64,000 bases of DNA from Verrucomicrobiota bacterium (GTDB lineage: Bacteria > Verrucomicrobiota > Verrucomicrobiia > Opitutales > Coraliomargaritaceae): positions 32,001 to 96,000 of the forward strand of contig JBCBZJ010000006.1 of NCBI GenBank assembly GCA_039815375.1, read 5' to 3'. Positions within the stretch are counted from its first letter, which is position 1; each line of letters starts with the position of its first letter. Shown piece after piece: positions 61,551 through 64,000 of the stretch. The notes beneath the pieces were generated by a model, which made no database searches, had not been told where the DNA came from, and saw only the letters and a program-made list of their open reading frames with translations. The translations under genes were made by a program, and so were the position numbers.

Positions 61551-63930
61551 TATCTTCGGACTGTATTTTTGCATTTTCTGGCGTATCTGCACCTTGCTCT
61601 TCTTTAGGATACTCGACACGAGCATGGAGCATATTCAGCAGTGTATAGATGAAGCTCTTTCGAATTTTGTCCAGCTCTTGGAAGGTCAGAGGGCACTCGT
61701 CGAGTTGACCGTCTTCGATACGGGATTGAAACATCTTATCGATCAACTCTTCGATGTTTGGTTGGGTCACTTTCTTCAGGCTGCGGCTTGCTGCCTCAAT
61801 TCCGTCTGCAAAAAAGATGATCGCACTCTCTTTGAAGGCGGGACGCGGTCCATCATAGCGGTAGGTGCTTTCATCCACATGGATATCATCCGGTTTCTTC
61901 GGGAAAGGTTGATGTGTATCAGCTCTCTTCTCTCGTTGCTGCGCCTGGTAATAGAAAAACTGGATCAGGCTGGTGCCGTGATGTTGACGAATCACATCCG
62001 TGATGACACGTGGAAGCTTATGCTTTCGGGCTAGCTCGACCCCTTCCTTGACATGGGCCTTTATTACGAGAGCACTCATCGAAGGGTTTTTCTCATCGTG
62101 AGGGTTTACCCCGTCACGCTGATTCTCGACGAAATATTCTGGCTTAACTAGTTTTCCAATATCGTGGAAAAACGAGCAAACGCGGCACAGCAGCGGGCTC
62201 GCTCCGATTTCTGCAGCAGCGTTCTCAGAGAGGTTAGCTACCATCAAGCTGTGGTGATAGGTGCCCGGCGCCTCCAGCTGCATCTGCCGAAGAAGCGGGT
62301 GGTTAAAATCTGTCAACTCCAGCAGAGTAATTTCAGTCGTAATCTTGAAAAGTTGCTCAAAGATCGGGAGTAAACCAACTGCAAGAATACCAGTCAGAAG
62401 GCCAACTACCAGAGCGATGATGGTTTGCTGACCGACAAGACCTGCGGAAAAGCCATTTAGTAGAGCAATGGCGGCGCCTGCGATAGCAGCCGTGGCTCCG
62501 GCGAGCAGGCCAGCACGGACCAGTTGCGAACGTTTGCGGATACTGGTCGCGCTGAAGGAGCCGACCACACCGGAAATAAAGGCGACGAGTAGGAATTCGA
62601 TGGAGTTTCCCTGAATAATACCGAAAACGACAGCAATGATCAGTGCCGAAAGCACCGCAGGCGCTGCTCCCACCAGAACCGCAACCAAAATTGGAGCCAA
62701 TGCATAGGGTGCAATAAAAGGGAGCATACTCAATGTTGGGCGGCTGAGAATGATGTCACTGTCGCCGACCTCAATCACCGCCCGGATGAGTAGAAGGTTC
62801 AGCAGGATACTGACCGCGGTAATGGCAATCGCGCGATTACGCTTGTGCAGCTGCTGCATGCCCTTGCTCAGGTAAATGTAGACTGCGATGAGCATCAGCA
62901 CGGTCAGAGTTAAACGACCGAGAAAAAGCTCGTTCAGCACCAGCGAACGGCTGCCTTGCTTGAGCTCCGCCGCCCGGTAGGCATTGAGTCGCTCCATGTC
63001 GGCTTCGGAAACGATCTTATCCGGATCGATCAGGGTATCGCCTTCCTCAAACTCCAGAATCTTCAATTCAATCTTAGCGATGGCTCGGTCAATCGCCCGC
63101 TGAGTGCCTCCCTCGCTGTAGAATAAATTCGGTTGCAGCCCTGCACCGAAGATATCAAAGAGCAAACGAGCAGTCTCGGAATCGGGCGAGAGTGCATTTA
63201 ATCGCACACGAAGAGTCACGCGTGCGTCTTCCATCGATCGAGCATTGGGCAGGTTTGCGCGACCTTCTTCATCGACAAGCTGGATGACGGTGACCTGTGG
63301 GCGATCCGTGTCAGTCTGGCTCGCCGAATAGACCCCGTTCTCATAGATCGAGCGCAGGACACTTAGCGCCCCCTCGATCAAGTCCGAACGCTCATTGGGC
63401 ATCGTCTTGGCAGTCAGGCGCGTGATGCTGTCCGGCTCGATGCCGAGTTTGCTTCGCTCGATCACCTCTGAGGCTGTCGTGGCTAATGCTTCAGTCAGTA
63501 TTTCTTCACCTTCGGCTTCGAAATCGATCTGTGTTTTCGCGATACTGGTATTGAGGTCGGTCGTGAAGTTGCGGAACTTTTCAAAAGGTTCGAAACTTCG
63601 CTGGAAGACGGGTGGCACTTGGGCACGAATCGCTGCGCTGGCCTTCTCTGCTTCGACTGCACTTTCATAACTAAAAGGAAACTCAGCGACGATCCGTGTC
63701 GGGGCGGTTTGATTTAGAATGACTCTGGGGCCCTTGGGCTCCTCGCCAAGAAAACCGATAGTGACGACTAGGGCTGAGAAGAGTATAAATAAGCCACGCT
63801 CGATCCAGATGCTGGTTTCGAAGAAGTGTGAAGCTGCGGAAGTATCGCTGGTTCGGCTCTTTTCTTTGCGGTTCGAAGCGTTTCCGTCCTTCGGCTTACC
63901 CGATTTTTTGCGTTTAAATAGTGCGGCCAT
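61513..63930 (-). CDS. 7TM-HD (HDIG) phosphohydrolase, PgpH-like
   Basis: APGTYHHS, HDIGK, HHGT, YRYDGP.P, AD..EAA.RSL. Confidence 0.92.
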   Translation of the reverse strand: MAALFKRKKSGKPKDGNASNRKEKSRTSDTSAASHFFETSIWIERGLFILFSALVVTIGFLGEEPKGPRVILNQTAPTRIVAEFPFSYESAVEAEKASAAIRAQVPPVFQRSFEPFEKFRNFTTDLNTSIAKTQIDFEAEGEEILTEALATTASEVIERSKLGIEPDSITRLTAKTMPNERSDLIEGALSVLRSIYENGVYSASQTDTDRPQVTVIQLVDEEGRANLPNARSMEDARVTLRVRLNALSPDSETARLLFDIFGAGLQPNLFYSEGGTQRAIDRAIAKIELKILEFEEGDTLIDPDKIVSEADMERLNAYRAAELKQGSRSLVLNELFLGRLTLTVLMLIAVYIYLSKGMQQLHKRNRAIAITAVSILLNLLLIRAVIEVGDSDIILSRPTLSMLPFIAPYALAPILVAVLVGAAPAVLSALIIAVVFGIIQGNSIEFLLVAFISGVVGSFSATSIRKRSQLVRAGLLAGATAAIAGAAIALLNGFSAGLVGQQTIIALVVGLLTGILAVGLLPIFEQLFKITTEITLLELTDFNHPLLRQMQLEAPGTYHHSLMVANLSENAAAEIGASPLLCRVCSFFHDIGKLVKPEYFVENQRDGVNPHDEKNPSMSALVIKAHVKEGVELARKHKLPRVITDVIRQHHGTSLIQFFYYQAQQREKRADTHQPFPKKPDDIHVDESTYRYDGPRPAFKESAIIFFADGIEAASRSLKKVTQPNIEELIDKMFQSRIEDGQLDECPLTFQELDKIRKSFIYTLLNMLHARVEYPKEEQGADTPENAKIQSEDNEPSQSGNQQPI

Positions 63931-63939
63931 AGCGTAGTG

Positions 63940-64000
63940 TTACTCAGGCGTGTGCTGGGCGTAGGCGTTGATGATATCTTGCACGAGAGGGTGGCGGACG
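63940..64000 (-). CDS. phoH: PhoH family protein, 3' end only
   Basis: VRHPLVQDIINAY C-terminal motif; phoH-HD-ybeY gene order. Confidence 0.8.
   Translation of the reverse strand, partial: VRHPLVQDIINAYAQHTPE

Overview
Bacterial chromosomal window. Gene content (PEP-CTERM and TIGR02597-like proteins, long GreA, Verrucomicrobia-type LexA box) suggests Verrucomicrobiota, Opitutales/Puniceicoccaceae-like; this is inference. The housekeeping backbone includes the lexA 5' end, a peptide ABC transporter, ubiE, a clpX-like gene, HU, hisS, purF, purH, hemW, sulP, rpoN, greA, uvrA, ybeY and the phoH 3' end. Two accessory regions interrupt it. (1) An intact type II-C CRISPR-Cas locus: tracrRNA, 1073-aa cas9, cas1, cas2, and an array of 6 repeats and 5 spacers. 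(2) A ~14.7-kb island between purF and purH with two near-identical integron attI-like sites but no intact integrase. The first site heads three attC cassettes. The second heads one nuclease cassette and sits next to a probable decayed intI 5' remnant. Between the two arrays lies a signal-peptide-bearing C39-peptidase/RHS polymorphic-toxin-like operon. All protein calls come from motif recognition by eye; no searches were run.
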